Shown: positions 1 through 8,516 of the stretch, one piece after another
Position numbering within the stretch: the stretch's first letter is position 1
Layout: each line of letters opens with the position of its first letter
Translations under genes and position numbers: made by a program
NCBI GenBank assembly: GCA_016793045.1
Contig: JAEUKZ010000077.1
Span: 1,497-65,496, forward strand
DNA length: 64,000 nucleotides
From: Alphaproteobacteria bacterium
GTDB lineage: Bacteria; Pseudomonadota; Alphaproteobacteria; CACIAM-22H2
Direction: 5' to 3'
The notes under the pieces: model-generated
What the model saw: only the letters and a program-made list of their open reading frames with translations
Database searches by the model: none
What the model was told of the DNA's origin: nothing

Positions 1-2507
1 GTCCGCTCCATGTAGTCGCGGATGCCGGGATAGCGCGCGAAATAGGCGTCGATGTACTTGCGGGCCTCGCCCTGCGGAATCGACAGCTGGCGCGCGAGCC
101 CGAAGGCGCTGATGCCGTAGATGATCCCGAAATTGATCGCCTTCGCCTTGCGCCTGACCATCGGGTCCATGCCCTTGACCGGCACGCCGAAGACCTCGCT
201 CGCCGTCAGCGCGTGGATGTCGATGCCGTCGCGGAACGCGGTCTTGAGCGCGCCGATGTCGGCGACGTGCGCCAGCAGCCGCAGCTCGATCTGCGAATAG
301 TCGAACGACAGCAGCTCGTAGCCCGCCGCCGCGACGAAGGCGCGGCGGATCTTGCGGCCCTCCTCGGTGCGCACGGGGATGTTCTGGAGGTTGGGGTCAC
401 TCGACGACAGCCTCCCGGTCGACGTCGCCGCCATCGCGTAGCTGGTGTGGACGCGGTGCGTGTCGGGGTTGATCTCCTCGACCAGCGCGTCGGCGTAGGT
501 GGACTTGAGCTTGGCGAGCTGGCGCCAGTCGAGCACCAGCTGCGGCAGCGCGTGGCCGGCGGCGGCAAGGTCCTCGAGCACGTCGGCCCCGGTCGCATAG
601 GCGCCGGTCTTGGTCTTCTTCGGCTTCGATCCGTCGGGCAGCGCGACGTTCATCTCCTCGAACAGCACCTTGCCGAGCTGCGCGGGCGAACCGACGTTGA
701 ACGGGTGGCCGGCTTCCTTGTGGATCTTCTTCTCGAGCTCGTCGAGCCGCAGCGCGAAGTCGTTGGAGAGGCGCCGCAGCTCGTCGGGATCGACCGCGAT
801 CCCGGCCATCTCCATGTCGCGCACGACCGGAACCAGCGGCCGCTCGATGGTCTCGTAGACGCTCACCAGCCGCTCGGCGAGCAGCCGCGGCTTCAGCGCC
901 TGGTGCAGCGCCAGCGTGACCTCGGCATCTTCCGCCGCATAGTCGCGCGCTTTGTCGAGCGGCACCTCGGCGAAGTTGATGCGCGCCTTGCCGGTGCCCG
1001 TCACCTCGTCATAGGTGATCGTCTTGCGGCCGAGCAGCCGTTCGGCGAGCTCGTCCATGCCGTGGCCGTGGGCGCCGCCCGCCAGCACGTACGAAATCAG
1101 CATCGTGTCGTCGTGCGGCGTCACGTCGAGGCCGAGCCGCGCGAAGACCTCCATGTCGAACTTGATGTTGTGCCCGACCTTGAGCACCGAAGGATCCGCG
1201 AGCAGCGGCTTCAACGCGGCAAGCGCCGCGCCGCGCTCGATCTGGCCGCCGACCGGCTGGGCCTTGGCGGTGAAGGCCAGCCCGCCTTCGGCGAGCGAAC
1301 CCTGGGTGACGTGGCCGAGCGGCACGTAGCAGCCCTCGCCCGGCGCGACCGACAGCGAGAACCCGACGAGCTCGGCGCGCATCGCGTCGAGCGACGTCGT
1401 CTCCGTATCGATCGCGACGACGCCGGCGGCGCGCGCGCGCGCCATCCAGGCCTCGAGCGTCGCGATGTCCTGCACCAGCGTGTAGCGCATCTCGCCGGCG
1501 GCCGGCGGCGCAGCAGGCGTCGCGGCGGGTGGCGCCACGGCGGCCGGCCCGCCGCCTGCGCCCGCATCGGCCACGGCCGGCGGCGGCTCCGCCAGGTTGA
1601 CCGCGCCGTCGAGCAGCTTGCCCTCGCTCTGCAGCCGCGCGATCACGGTGCGGAAGCCCTGCGTCTGCAGGAAGGCGAGCAGGGCCTGCGGATCGAGGTC
1701 GCGGCGATGCAGGTCGTCGAACGGCGTCTCGACCGGCACGTCGTCCTTGAGCTTCACCAGCTCGCGGCTGATGCGGGCCTTGTCGGCGTTGGCGAGCAGG
1801 TTCTCCCGCCGCTTCGGCTGCTTGATCTCGCCCGCCCTCGCCAGCAGCGTCTCGACGTCGCCATAAGTGTTGATCAGCTCGGCCGCCGTCTTGACGCCGA
1901 TCCCCGGCACGCCCGGCACGTTGTCGACCGAATCGCCGGCGAGCGCCTGGACCTCGACCACCTTGTCCGGCGCCACGCCGAATTTCTCGCGCACCTCGGC
2001 CTCGCCGATCGGCTTGTACTTGATCGGGTCGAGCATGCCGACGCCGGGCCGCACGAGCTGCATCAGGTCCTTGTCGGAGGAGACGATGACGACCTCCTCG
2101 CCGGCCTGGCGCGCGAGGCGCGCATAGGTCGCGATCAGGTCGTCGGCCTCGTAGTTCACCTGCTCGACCGCCGGCAGGTTGAAGGCGCGCGTCGCCTCGC
2201 GCACCAGCGCGAATTGCGGGACGAGGTCCTCCGGCGCATCCGGCCGGTGGGCCTTGTAGTCGCCGTAGATCTCGTTGCGGAAGCTCCGGCGCGAGGTGTC
2301 GAAGATCACCGCGACATGGTCGGCCTTGGCGTCGCCGAGCAGCCGCAGCAGCATGTTGACGAAGCCGAGCACCGCGCCGACCGGCGTGCCGTCGGGCCGC
2401 GTCAGCGGCGGCAGCGCATGATAGGCGCGGAAGATGAACCCCGAACCGTCGATCAGGTAGACGCGCTTGGCGCCGTTCGCGGCCGGCTTCGTTTCGGCTC
2501 CGGCCAT
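1..2507 (-). CDS. polA: DNA polymerase I (N-terminal ~835 aa; 3' end of gene lies beyond window start)
   Basis: Minus-strand translation starts MAGAETKPAANGAKRVYLIDGSGFIFRAYHALPPLTRPDGTPVGAV (5'-3' exonuclease N-term) and continues through the 3'-5' exonuclease and polymerase motifs (RRKAKAINFGIIYG, KYIDAYFARYPGIRDYMER at the window edge). ATG is at 2507-2505. The plus-strand ORF 213..2816 is an antisense shadow. Confidence 0.92.
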   Translation of the reverse strand, partial: MAGAETKPAANGAKRVYLIDGSGFIFRAYHALPPLTRPDGTPVGAVLGFVNMLLRLLGDAKADHVAVIFDTSRRSFRNEIYGDYKAHRPDAPEDLVPQFALVREATRAFNLPAVEQVNYEADDLIATYARLARQAGEEVVIVSSDKDLMQLVRPGVGMLDPIKYKPIGEAEVREKFGVAPDKVVEVQALAGDSVDNVPGVPGIGVKTAAELINTYGDVETLLARAGEIKQPKRRENLLANADKARISRELVKLKDDVPVETPFDDLHRRDLDPQALLAFLQTQGFRTVIARLQSEGKLLDGAVNLAEPPPAVADAGAGGGPAAVAPPAATPAAPPAAGEMRYTLVQDIATLEAWMARARAAGVVAIDTETTSLDAMRAELVGFSLSVAPGEGCYVPLGHVTQGSLAEGGLAFTAKAQPVGGQIERGAALAALKPLLADPSVLKVGHNIKFDMEVFARLGLDVTPHDDTMLISYVLAGGAHGHGMDELAERLLGRKTITYDEVTGTGKARINFAEVPLDKARDYAAEDAEVTLALHQALKPRLLAERLVSVYETIERPLVPVVRDMEMAGIAVDPDELRRLSNDFALRLDELEKKIHKEAGHPFNVGSPAQLGKVLFEEMNVALPDGSKPKKTKTGAYATGADVLEDLAAAGHALPQLVLDWRQLAKLKSTYADALVEEINPDTHRVHTSYAMAATSTGRLSSSDPNLQNIPVRTEEGRKIRRAFVAAAGYELLSFDYSQIELRLLAHVADIGALKTAFRDGIDIHALTASEVFGVPVKGMDPMVRRKAKAINFGIIYGISAFGLARQLSIPQGEARKYIDAYFARYPGIRDYMER

Positions 2508-2561
2508 CTGTCGGCTCCCTGCGATCGTCATCCGGCGGACGGTTGCGACGGCGCTAGACCG

Positions 2562-2744
2562 TCAATGTCCGCCGCCGTGCTTGGCCCCGGCCTTGAGGAC
2601 ATAAAGACGGTCGCAATACGGGCATTCGACCCGGCCGTCGGGGCCGAGGCTGAGATAGACGCGGGGATGGCCGAGCGCGCCGCCGCCGTCGCAGGCGACC
2701 CGCGTCGTCTCGACTTCGATCGTTTCGGGGGGCTCGATGACCAT
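2562..2744 (-). CDS. small zinc-finger domain protein (60 aa, CPYC motif)
   Basis: C-terminal 60 codons of the 431-aa shadow ORF: MVIEPPETIEVE...GHPRVYLSLGPDGRVECPYCDRLYVLKAGAKHGGGH. ATG at 2744. The remainder of the ORF overlaps the opposite-strand ABC ATPase gene. Matches a short conserved zinc-finger protein family of alphaproteobacteria. Confidence 0.55.
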   Translation of the reverse strand: MVIEPPETIEVETTRVACDGGGALGHPRVYLSLGPDGRVECPYCDRLYVLKAGAKHGGGH

Positions 2745-2831
2745 GCTCGCTACCTCTGCCGCTGGGCTCGCGCTAGGGTGATTGCGCCGACATTGACCGC
2801 CGACGCGCGCGGATGATAGCGAAAGCCCGCC

Positions 2832-3809
2832 ATGTTGCAATCCCACCCTGCCACACCGCCTGCCGCAGCCGAACGCGTCCGCCCGGCCGCCGTCGCGGTC
2901 ACCGATCTCGTCAAGGTCTACAAGGGCGGCAAGCGCGCGCTCGACGGGGTCTCGCTGTCGATCTTCAAGGGCGAACTGTTCGGCTTGCTCGGTCCCAACG
3001 GGGCCGGCAAGTCGACCCTGATCAACATCCTGGCCGGCCTCGTCAACAAGACCTCCGGCAGCGTGTCCATCTGGGACATCGACATCGACCGCGATCCGCG
3101 CGGCAGCCGGGCGGCGATCGGCGTCGTGCCGCAGGAGCTCAACCTCGACGCCTTCTTCACCCCGCGCGAACTGCTGGAGGTCCAGGCAGGGCTCTACGGG
3201 GTACCGCCGCGCGAGCGGCGGACGGCCGAGATCCTCGCCGCGGTCGGCCTCGCCGACAAGGCGGATGCCTATGCCCGAACGCTGTCGGGCGGCATGCGCC
3301 GGCGGCTGCTGGTCGCCAAAGCGCTCGTCCACGCCCCGCCGGTCCTGGTGCTCGACGAGCCGACCGCGGGCGTCGACGTCGAGTTGCGCCGCTCGCTGTG
3401 GGCCTATGTCCGCACGCTCAACGCGCGCGGCACCACGGTGCTGCTGACCACGCACTACCTCGAGGAGGCGGAGGAATTGTGCGACCGTATCGCGATCATC
3501 GATCGCGGCAAGCTCATTGCCTGCGACACGACGACGGCGCTGGTCGGCCAGCTCGACAGCAAGGAGCTGCGCATCCTCGTCGACTGCGACCTCCTGGAGA
3601 CCCCCGCGGGGCTCGTGGGCTGGGGGGCGACGCTCGACGGCCCGCGGCATGTCGTCGTCCGCTTCCGGCCGAGCAGCACGCGGGTGGGCGAGATCATCGA
3701 AGCGGTGCGCGGCGCCGGCCTCGGCATCGTCGACCTGTCGACCGAGGAAAGCGACCTGGAAGACCTCTTCCTGCGCCTCACGCGCCGCCACGGCGACACC
3801 GCCGCATGA
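2832..3809 (+). CDS. ABC transporter ATP-binding protein (ABC-2/NodI-like), no cognate permease adjacent
   Basis: Walker A GPNGAGKST, signature LSGGMRRRL, Walker B VLVLDEPTAGVD, H-loop TTHYLEEAE. 325 aa. Confidence 0.85.
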   Translation: MLQSHPATPPAAAERVRPAAVAVTDLVKVYKGGKRALDGVSLSIFKGELFGLLGPNGAGKSTLINILAGLVNKTSGSVSIWDIDIDRDPRGSRAAIGVVPQELNLDAFFTPRELLEVQAGLYGVPPRERRTAEILAAVGLADKADAYARTLSGGMRRRLLVAKALVHAPPVLVLDEPTAGVDVELRRSLWAYVRTLNARGTTVLLTTHYLEEAEELCDRIAIIDRGKLIACDTTTALVGQLDSKELRILVDCDLLETPAGLVGWGATLDGPRHVVVRFRPSSTRVGEIIEAVRGAGLGIVDLSTEESDLEDLFLRLTRRHGDTAA

Positions 3810-3813
3810 ACGC

Positions 3814-4827
3814 ATGAATGCGGCCGGATGCGTCCGCCCGGCGCGGTCCCTGGCCATGGCGCTCGCATGCGCCGGCGCCCTGCTGACCGCCGCCTGCGCA
3901 CCGACGCTCGCACCGGCCGGGCCGCCGCATCAGCCGCCGCGGCTCGAAGACACGCGCTTCGTCATGGGCGACGGGGCCGCGCTGCCGCTGATCCGCTACC
4001 TTCCCGATTCGCCCGCGCGCGCCGCGGTCGTGGCGCTGCACGGGTTCAACGACTACGCCAACGCCTTCGCCCCGGTCGGCGCCCGGCTCGCGCGCGACGC
4101 GATCGCGACCTACGCCTATGACCAGCGCGGCTTCGGCGGCGCGCCCGACCGCGGCCTGTGGCCCGGCAGCGACTCGCTGATCGAGGATGCCGACGCGGCG
4201 CTGTCGCTCGTCGCCGCGCGCCATCCGGGCGTGCCGGTCTACATGCTCGGCGAAAGCATGGGCGGCGCCGAGATTCTCGCCGGCGTGGCCCGCGGCCGCT
4301 TCCGCGCCGCCGCGGGGTTCATCCTGCTCGCGCCCGGCCTGCGCGGCCGGAGCACGTTGCCGCCCGGCGCCGCGCCGATCCTCTGGCTCGCCAGCCGGGC
4401 AATGCCGTGGCTCGCGGGGCGGGCGCCCGATTTCGGCTTCCGGCCGACCGACAACCCCGAGGCGGTGCGCGCGCTGATCCGCGACCCGCTGGTCGTGCGC
4501 GAGACACGGATCGGCACGATCAGCGGCCTCGTCGACCTCGTCGACGAGGCCGTGGAATCGGTGTCGCACTTCGATGCGCCGGCGCTGATCTTGATGGGCC
4601 GGCGTGACGAGATCATCCCGCCGGACATGATGCGCGCCGCGCTCGCGCGCATGCCGCCGGCCGGACCGGAGCGCCGGCGGATCGCCGTCTACAATGACGG
4701 CTACCATCTCCTGACCCGGGATCGCAGGGGCCAGGTCGTCATCAATGACATCGCCGCCTGGATCCTCGCCCGGCCGGGCGCGCCGGCGACCCCCCTGCCG
4801 TCGGGCGCCGACCGCGTCGCGCCCTGA
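3814..4827 (+). CDS. alpha/beta hydrolase, lysophospholipase/monoacylglycerol-lipase-like, probable lipoprotein
   Basis: In-frame ATG at 3814 gives MNAAGCVRPARSLAMALACAGALLTAACAP (signal peptide with a lipobox-like AAC). HGFNDY and GESMGG nucleophile elbow are present. The upstream part of ORF 3517..4827 overlaps the ABC gene and is rejected. Confidence 0.75.
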   Translation: MNAAGCVRPARSLAMALACAGALLTAACAPTLAPAGPPHQPPRLEDTRFVMGDGAALPLIRYLPDSPARAAVVALHGFNDYANAFAPVGARLARDAIATYAYDQRGFGGAPDRGLWPGSDSLIEDADAALSLVAARHPGVPVYMLGESMGGAEILAGVARGRFRAAAGFILLAPGLRGRSTLPPGAAPILWLASRAMPWLAGRAPDFGFRPTDNPEAVRALIRDPLVVRETRIGTISGLVDLVDEAVESVSHFDAPALILMGRRDEIIPPDMMRAALARMPPAGPERRRIAVYNDGYHLLTRDRRGQVVINDIAAWILARPGAPATPLPSGADRVAP

Positions 4828-4900
4828 TGCGCGTTTCGGCCATGCACCGGAACCGTTTGCGCTCCCGATCGGATTTGGCTATTTTCCCGGTCCCACGAGT

Positions 4901-4977
4901 GCGCCCGTAGCTCAGTTGGATAGAGCGCTAGCCTCCGGAGCTAGAGGTCGTGAGTTCGAGTCTCGCCGGGCGCGCCA
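4901..4977 (+). tRNA. tRNA-Arg (anticodon CCG)
   Basis: Cloverleaf read by eye. Acceptor GCGCCCG/CGGGCGC, D-arm GCTC-AGTTGGATA-GAGC, anticodon stem CTAGC/GCTAG with loop CTCCGGA (anticodon CCG), T-arm GTGAG-TTCGAGT-CTCGC, discriminator G, then an encoded CCA. Confidence 0.9.
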
Positions 4978-4992
4978 CTCGGGACCAGCCCT

Positions 4993-5913
4993 TCACTGCA
5001 GGTTGACCGCGACCTTCGGCGCCAGGATGTCGGCGAGTTCGGCCATCATGGCATCGAGTTCGCGGCGATCGCCGTCGTCAAGGCGCGGTCCGGCCGCACG
5101 CACATGCGTGTGCTCGATGACGCCGCGGCGGCGCAGCACCTCCTTGGTCATCGCCATCCGGAAGACCGCCTGGAAGTTCAGCAGCGGCAGCATGCGGTTG
5201 AACAGCGCCCGGACGCCCGCCGCATCGCCGGCGCGATGGCAGGCGAACTGGCGGACATGGAGTTCCGTCAACTCCGCGGCCGGCATCGTGCCGACGGCCC
5301 CGCGTGCCAGCTCGTCCGTGATGTAGCGGCCGCCGGCGCCGCCAAACACGCCCTTTAGGCGAACCGGGGCCAGGGCGAGCAGCTGCGATATCCGCTGGCC
5401 GCACGGCATCGTCTCCTCCTTGACGTAGTCGACCCCGGGAATCGTGTCGACCAGCCGCGCGACCTTGTCCATCGTCAGCGCCGATCCGAGCGGCGGCGGC
5501 GCGTTCTGCAGCACGATCGGCAGGCCGATGGCGGCGACCGCGCGGTAGTACGCCGCAATGCCGGCGGGATCGTCGCGCAGGCTCGCCGGGTTCATCGCCA
5601 TCACCGCCGCAGCGCCGACGTCGCGCGCCTGCTGCGCCAGCGCAATCGACGCGGCAGCGTCGCCCGCCGAGACGCCGACGATCAACGGCTTGCGGCCGCC
5701 ATTCGCGCGCGCGACGAGGTCGACGAGGTTGCGGCGCTCCTCCGGCCGGAGCGTATCGAACTCGCTGGCGACGCCGGGAAAAACGAGACCGTCGGCACCG
5801 GCCTTGACGATGTAATCGACGACGCGCGCCAGATCCGCTTCGGCCGGCCGGCCGTCATCGAGGAAGGGGGTCGGGACGATCGGAAAGACTCCGGACAAGG
5901 CGTAGGCGTTCAT
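4993..5913 (-). CDS. dihydrodipicolinate synthase (DapA) family protein, probable 2-keto-3-deoxy-sugar-acid aldolase/dehydratase
   Basis: 306 aa from MNAYALSGVFPIVPTPFLDDGRPAEADLARVVDYIV (DapA-family N-term). ATG at 5913 overlaps the SDR stop (ATGA). The longer 476-aa ORF upstream is a shadow. Confidence 0.85.
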   Translation of the reverse strand: MNAYALSGVFPIVPTPFLDDGRPAEADLARVVDYIVKAGADGLVFPGVASEFDTLRPEERRNLVDLVARANGGRKPLIVGVSAGDAAASIALAQQARDVGAAAVMAMNPASLRDDPAGIAAYYRAVAAIGLPIVLQNAPPPLGSALTMDKVARLVDTIPGVDYVKEETMPCGQRISQLLALAPVRLKGVFGGAGGRYITDELARGAVGTMPAAELTELHVRQFACHRAGDAAGVRALFNRMLPLLNFQAVFRMAMTKEVLRRRGVIEHTHVRAAGPRLDDGDRRELDAMMAELADILAPKVAVNLQ

Positions 5914-6767
5914 AGCTTCTCCTGCGGATCGGGCCATGGGGCCCGGCCATACCAGCGGCGGACGCGCGGCGACACCAGCGCCGATGCCGCGACCACCGAC
6001 AATCCTCCGTCCACCGGCAAGTCCACGCCGTTGACGAAGCACGACTCGTCGGATGCCAGGAACAGCGCCGCGTAGGCGACGTCGAGCGGTGCGCCGAGCC
6101 GTCCCACCGGATAGGCCTCGACGTTCATGCGGACGTCGTAGTCCGTCATTGCCGGCGCGAGCTTTTCGGTAACGACCAGGCCGGGCGAGAGGGCGTTGCA
6201 GCGCACGCCCCGCGGGCCGTACTGCATTGCGATCTGCATCGTCAGCGCGCGCACGCCGCCCTTCGCCGCCGTGTAGGCGGGCAGGTTCGGGTTGGCGAGA
6301 ATCTGGTTGACCGAGGCGATGTTCACGATCGCGCCGCCCTGTCCGTCGGCAACCATCGCCGCAACCGCGGCACGGCTCATCGCGAAGACCTGAGTCAGGC
6401 AGGCATCGAGCGTATCCCGCCACTCCTCGTCGCTCGTCTCCAGCAGCGGCTTCACGGCGTAGGTCGCGGCGTTGTTGACCAGGATGTCGAGCCGACCGGC
6501 TGCCCTGGCCGCCCCGACCAGCCGCTTCGCCGAGTCCGGCGCGGTCATGTCCGCAGTTACGGCCACGGCAGCGCCGCCGACCGCGCGGATATCCTCGACC
6601 GTCGCCGCCAGCGTCGGCCCGTCGAGATCGGCGGCAACGACATGCGCACCCGCGGCGGCGAAAAGCCGGGCGATCCCCTTGCCGATCCCCTGCGCGGCAC
6701 CGGTGACGATCGCGGTCCGTCCGGCGAGCCGGCCACGCACGTCGCCGCGGGACGGTCGCGCGATCAC
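5910..6767 (-). CDS. SDR family oxidoreductase (candidate sugar 1-dehydrogenase or 2-keto-3-deoxy-acid dehydrogenase)
   Basis: TGAAQGIGKGIA Rossmann motif, NNAAT, YTAAKGG active-site motif. Start assigned to the GTG at 6767-6765 (VIARPSRGDVRGRLAGRTAIVTG), which overlaps the permease stop as GTGA. The in-frame ATG at 6986 would add 73 non-SDR residues and overlap the permease. Confidence 0.75.
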   Translation of the reverse strand: MIARPSRGDVRGRLAGRTAIVTGAAQGIGKGIARLFAAAGAHVVAADLDGPTLAATVEDIRAVGGAAVAVTADMTAPDSAKRLVGAARAAGRLDILVNNAATYAVKPLLETSDEEWRDTLDACLTQVFAMSRAAVAAMVADGQGGAIVNIASVNQILANPNLPAYTAAKGGVRALTMQIAMQYGPRGVRCNALSPGLVVTEKLAPAMTDYDVRMNVEAYPVGRLGAPLDVAYAALFLASDESCFVNGVDLPVDGGLSVVAASALVSPRVRRWYGRAPWPDPQEKL

Positions 6768-7603
6768 GACTTCACCGCCCCGGCCGTCAGGCCCTGGATG
6801 AAGAACCTCTGTACCAGCGCGAAGGCGACGACGACCGGCAGCGACGCGATCAGCGACGACGCCATCGCGCCACCCCAGTCGTTGCGTGACTCCCCGAGAT
6901 AGGACAGCAGAAGTCCTGGCCCGACCGTGCGCAGCGACGGGTCGGTGATCAGCGTGAGCGAATAGAGCAGGTCGTTCCACGCCCACATGAAGGCGTAGAG
7001 CCCGACCGTCACCAAGCCCGGTATCGACAGCGGCAGCACGATCACCGTGAGGATGCGCAGCTCCGATGCGCCGTCCGCCCGCGCGGCCTCGATCACCTCC
7101 GTGGGGATGTTGATGAAATAGCTGTAGAGCATGTAGGTGCCGGAGGGCAGCGCGAAGACGATGTAGGAGATGATCAGCCCGATGCGCGTATTGAGCAGGC
7201 CGGCAGCGTCCATCAACGGATAGAGCGTGATCAGCAGGACGGCAAAAGGAAACATCTGCGCCGAAATCATCAGCAGCATGAGGGCGGTACGGCCGCGATA
7301 GGCGAACTTGGCGAAGCTGTATGCCGCGCAGACGGCCAGCACCGTCGTGAGCAGCGCGCCGAGCCCGGCGGTGACGAGCGAGTTCTGGAGGTAGATCGGC
7401 AGCTCGCTGCGGGTGAGCGCGCCGACATAGTTCTGGATCGTCGGAGCGATCGGCAGCGGGGACGGAATGCGCCGAAAGACCTCGGCTTCGGGCTTGAACG
7501 AGGTCGAGATCATCCAGAACAGCGGAAAGAACAGGAAGAATCCGATCGCTGTTGCGATCGATCCGAACACGAACTGAGCGCGGCGCGAGGCGAGATCGAG
7601 CAC
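6764..7603 (-). CDS. carbohydrate ABC transporter permease (MalG/UgpE-like)
   Basis: 279 aa, 6 TM segments, EAA-like motif region IEAARADGASELRILTVIVLP. Confidence 0.9.
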   Translation of the reverse strand: MLDLASRRAQFVFGSIATAIGFFLFFPLFWMISTSFKPEAEVFRRIPSPLPIAPTIQNYVGALTRSELPIYLQNSLVTAGLGALLTTVLAVCAAYSFAKFAYRGRTALMLLMISAQMFPFAVLLITLYPLMDAAGLLNTRIGLIISYIVFALPSGTYMLYSYFINIPTEVIEAARADGASELRILTVIVLPLSIPGLVTVGLYAFMWAWNDLLYSLTLITDPSLRTVGPGLLLSYLGESRNDWGGAMASSLIASLPVVVAFALVQRFFIQGLTAGAVKS

Positions 7604-7607
7604 GTCG

Positions 7608-8516
7608 TCACCCCTGCCGGAACAGCGAGCGGAGGTAGATGTAGGCCGGCCCCGCGATGGTGAGGAACCAGATAACCCCGACCGCGGAAGCGAGGCCGAT
7701 GTTCCAGTTCTCGAACGCCTGGCGCCGCACCTCGAGCGAAAGCACCGTCGTCGCGCGCACCGGCCCGCCGCCGGTCATCGCGTAGATGACATCGAACTGC
7801 TGCAGGTTGCCCATCGCGCCGAGCACGAGCGTGACGACCATCGTGGTGCGCAGATGCGGCAGGACGACGTGGCGGATCACCTGTCCGTTCGTCGCGCCGT
7901 CGATGCGTGCCGCCTCGACCTGCTCCAGCGGCAGTGCCTGCAAACCGGCGAGGAAGAAGGCCGAGAATAGCGGGACGGAAAGCCACGTCTTTGCCAGAAC
8001 GACCCCCGACATCGCGCCTTCGGGCGTCGCCAGCCAGGCGATCGGTTCGTCGATCAGTCCCGCGACCAGCAGCGCCGCGTTGAGCACGCCGTACTGCGCA
8101 TTCAGGATCCACGCCCAGATGAACGCGGTGACGGTGCTCGGCAGCACCCACGGCAGCAGCGACGCCGAGCGAATGATGGTCCGCCCGCGGAACGGCTGAT
8201 TGAGGATGATCGCCCAGGCGAGGCCGAGCACGAAGGTCGCCGCCGTCGTCGCCACCACGAAGACGACGGTATTGACCCAGATCGGACCGATTTCCCCGTC
8301 TTCCGCCAGCCGCTCGAAGTTCCGCAGCCCGTCGAAGACCGGCTGCGGCGTCATCAGCGTGTAGCGGTAGAGCGACAGCCGCAGCGCGTCCACGAACGGA
8401 TAGAGGATCACCGCCGTGAAGGCGGCGAGCGGCAGCGCCACGAGGGCGATGCCGAAGCGCGCTTCCGCGCGCTTCAGCCCGCCCACCTGCGGTGCACGTG
8501 CGGAGAGCGGCAGCAT
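7608..8516 (-). CDS. carbohydrate ABC transporter permease (MalF/UgpA-like)
   Basis: 302 aa from MLPLSARAPQ. Motif EAARIDGATNGQVIRHVVLP. ATG at 8516 overlaps the SBP stop (TGATG). Confidence 0.9.
   Translation of the reverse strand: MLPLSARAPQVGGLKRAEARFGIALVALPLAAFTAVILYPFVDALRLSLYRYTLMTPQPVFDGLRNFERLAEDGEIGPIWVNTVVFVVATTAATFVLGLAWAIILNQPFRGRTIIRSASLLPWVLPSTVTAFIWAWILNAQYGVLNAALLVAGLIDEPIAWLATPEGAMSGVVLAKTWLSVPLFSAFFLAGLQALPLEQVEAARIDGATNGQVIRHVVLPHLRTTMVVTLVLGAMGNLQQFDVIYAMTGGGPVRATTVLSLEVRRQAFENWNIGLASAVGVIWFLTIAGPAYIYLRSLFRQG

Noticed and set aside
213-2816. 867-aa plus-strand ORF
   Set aside because: Its translation is Arg/Ala/Gly/Val-rich nonsense typical of the antisense strand of a GC-rich gene. 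The minus strand here encodes a textbook DNA polymerase I.
2562-3857. 431-aa minus-strand ORF
   Set aside because: Only the last 60 codons (the zinc-finger protein) are plausible. The rest runs antisense through the well-supported ABC ATPase gene.
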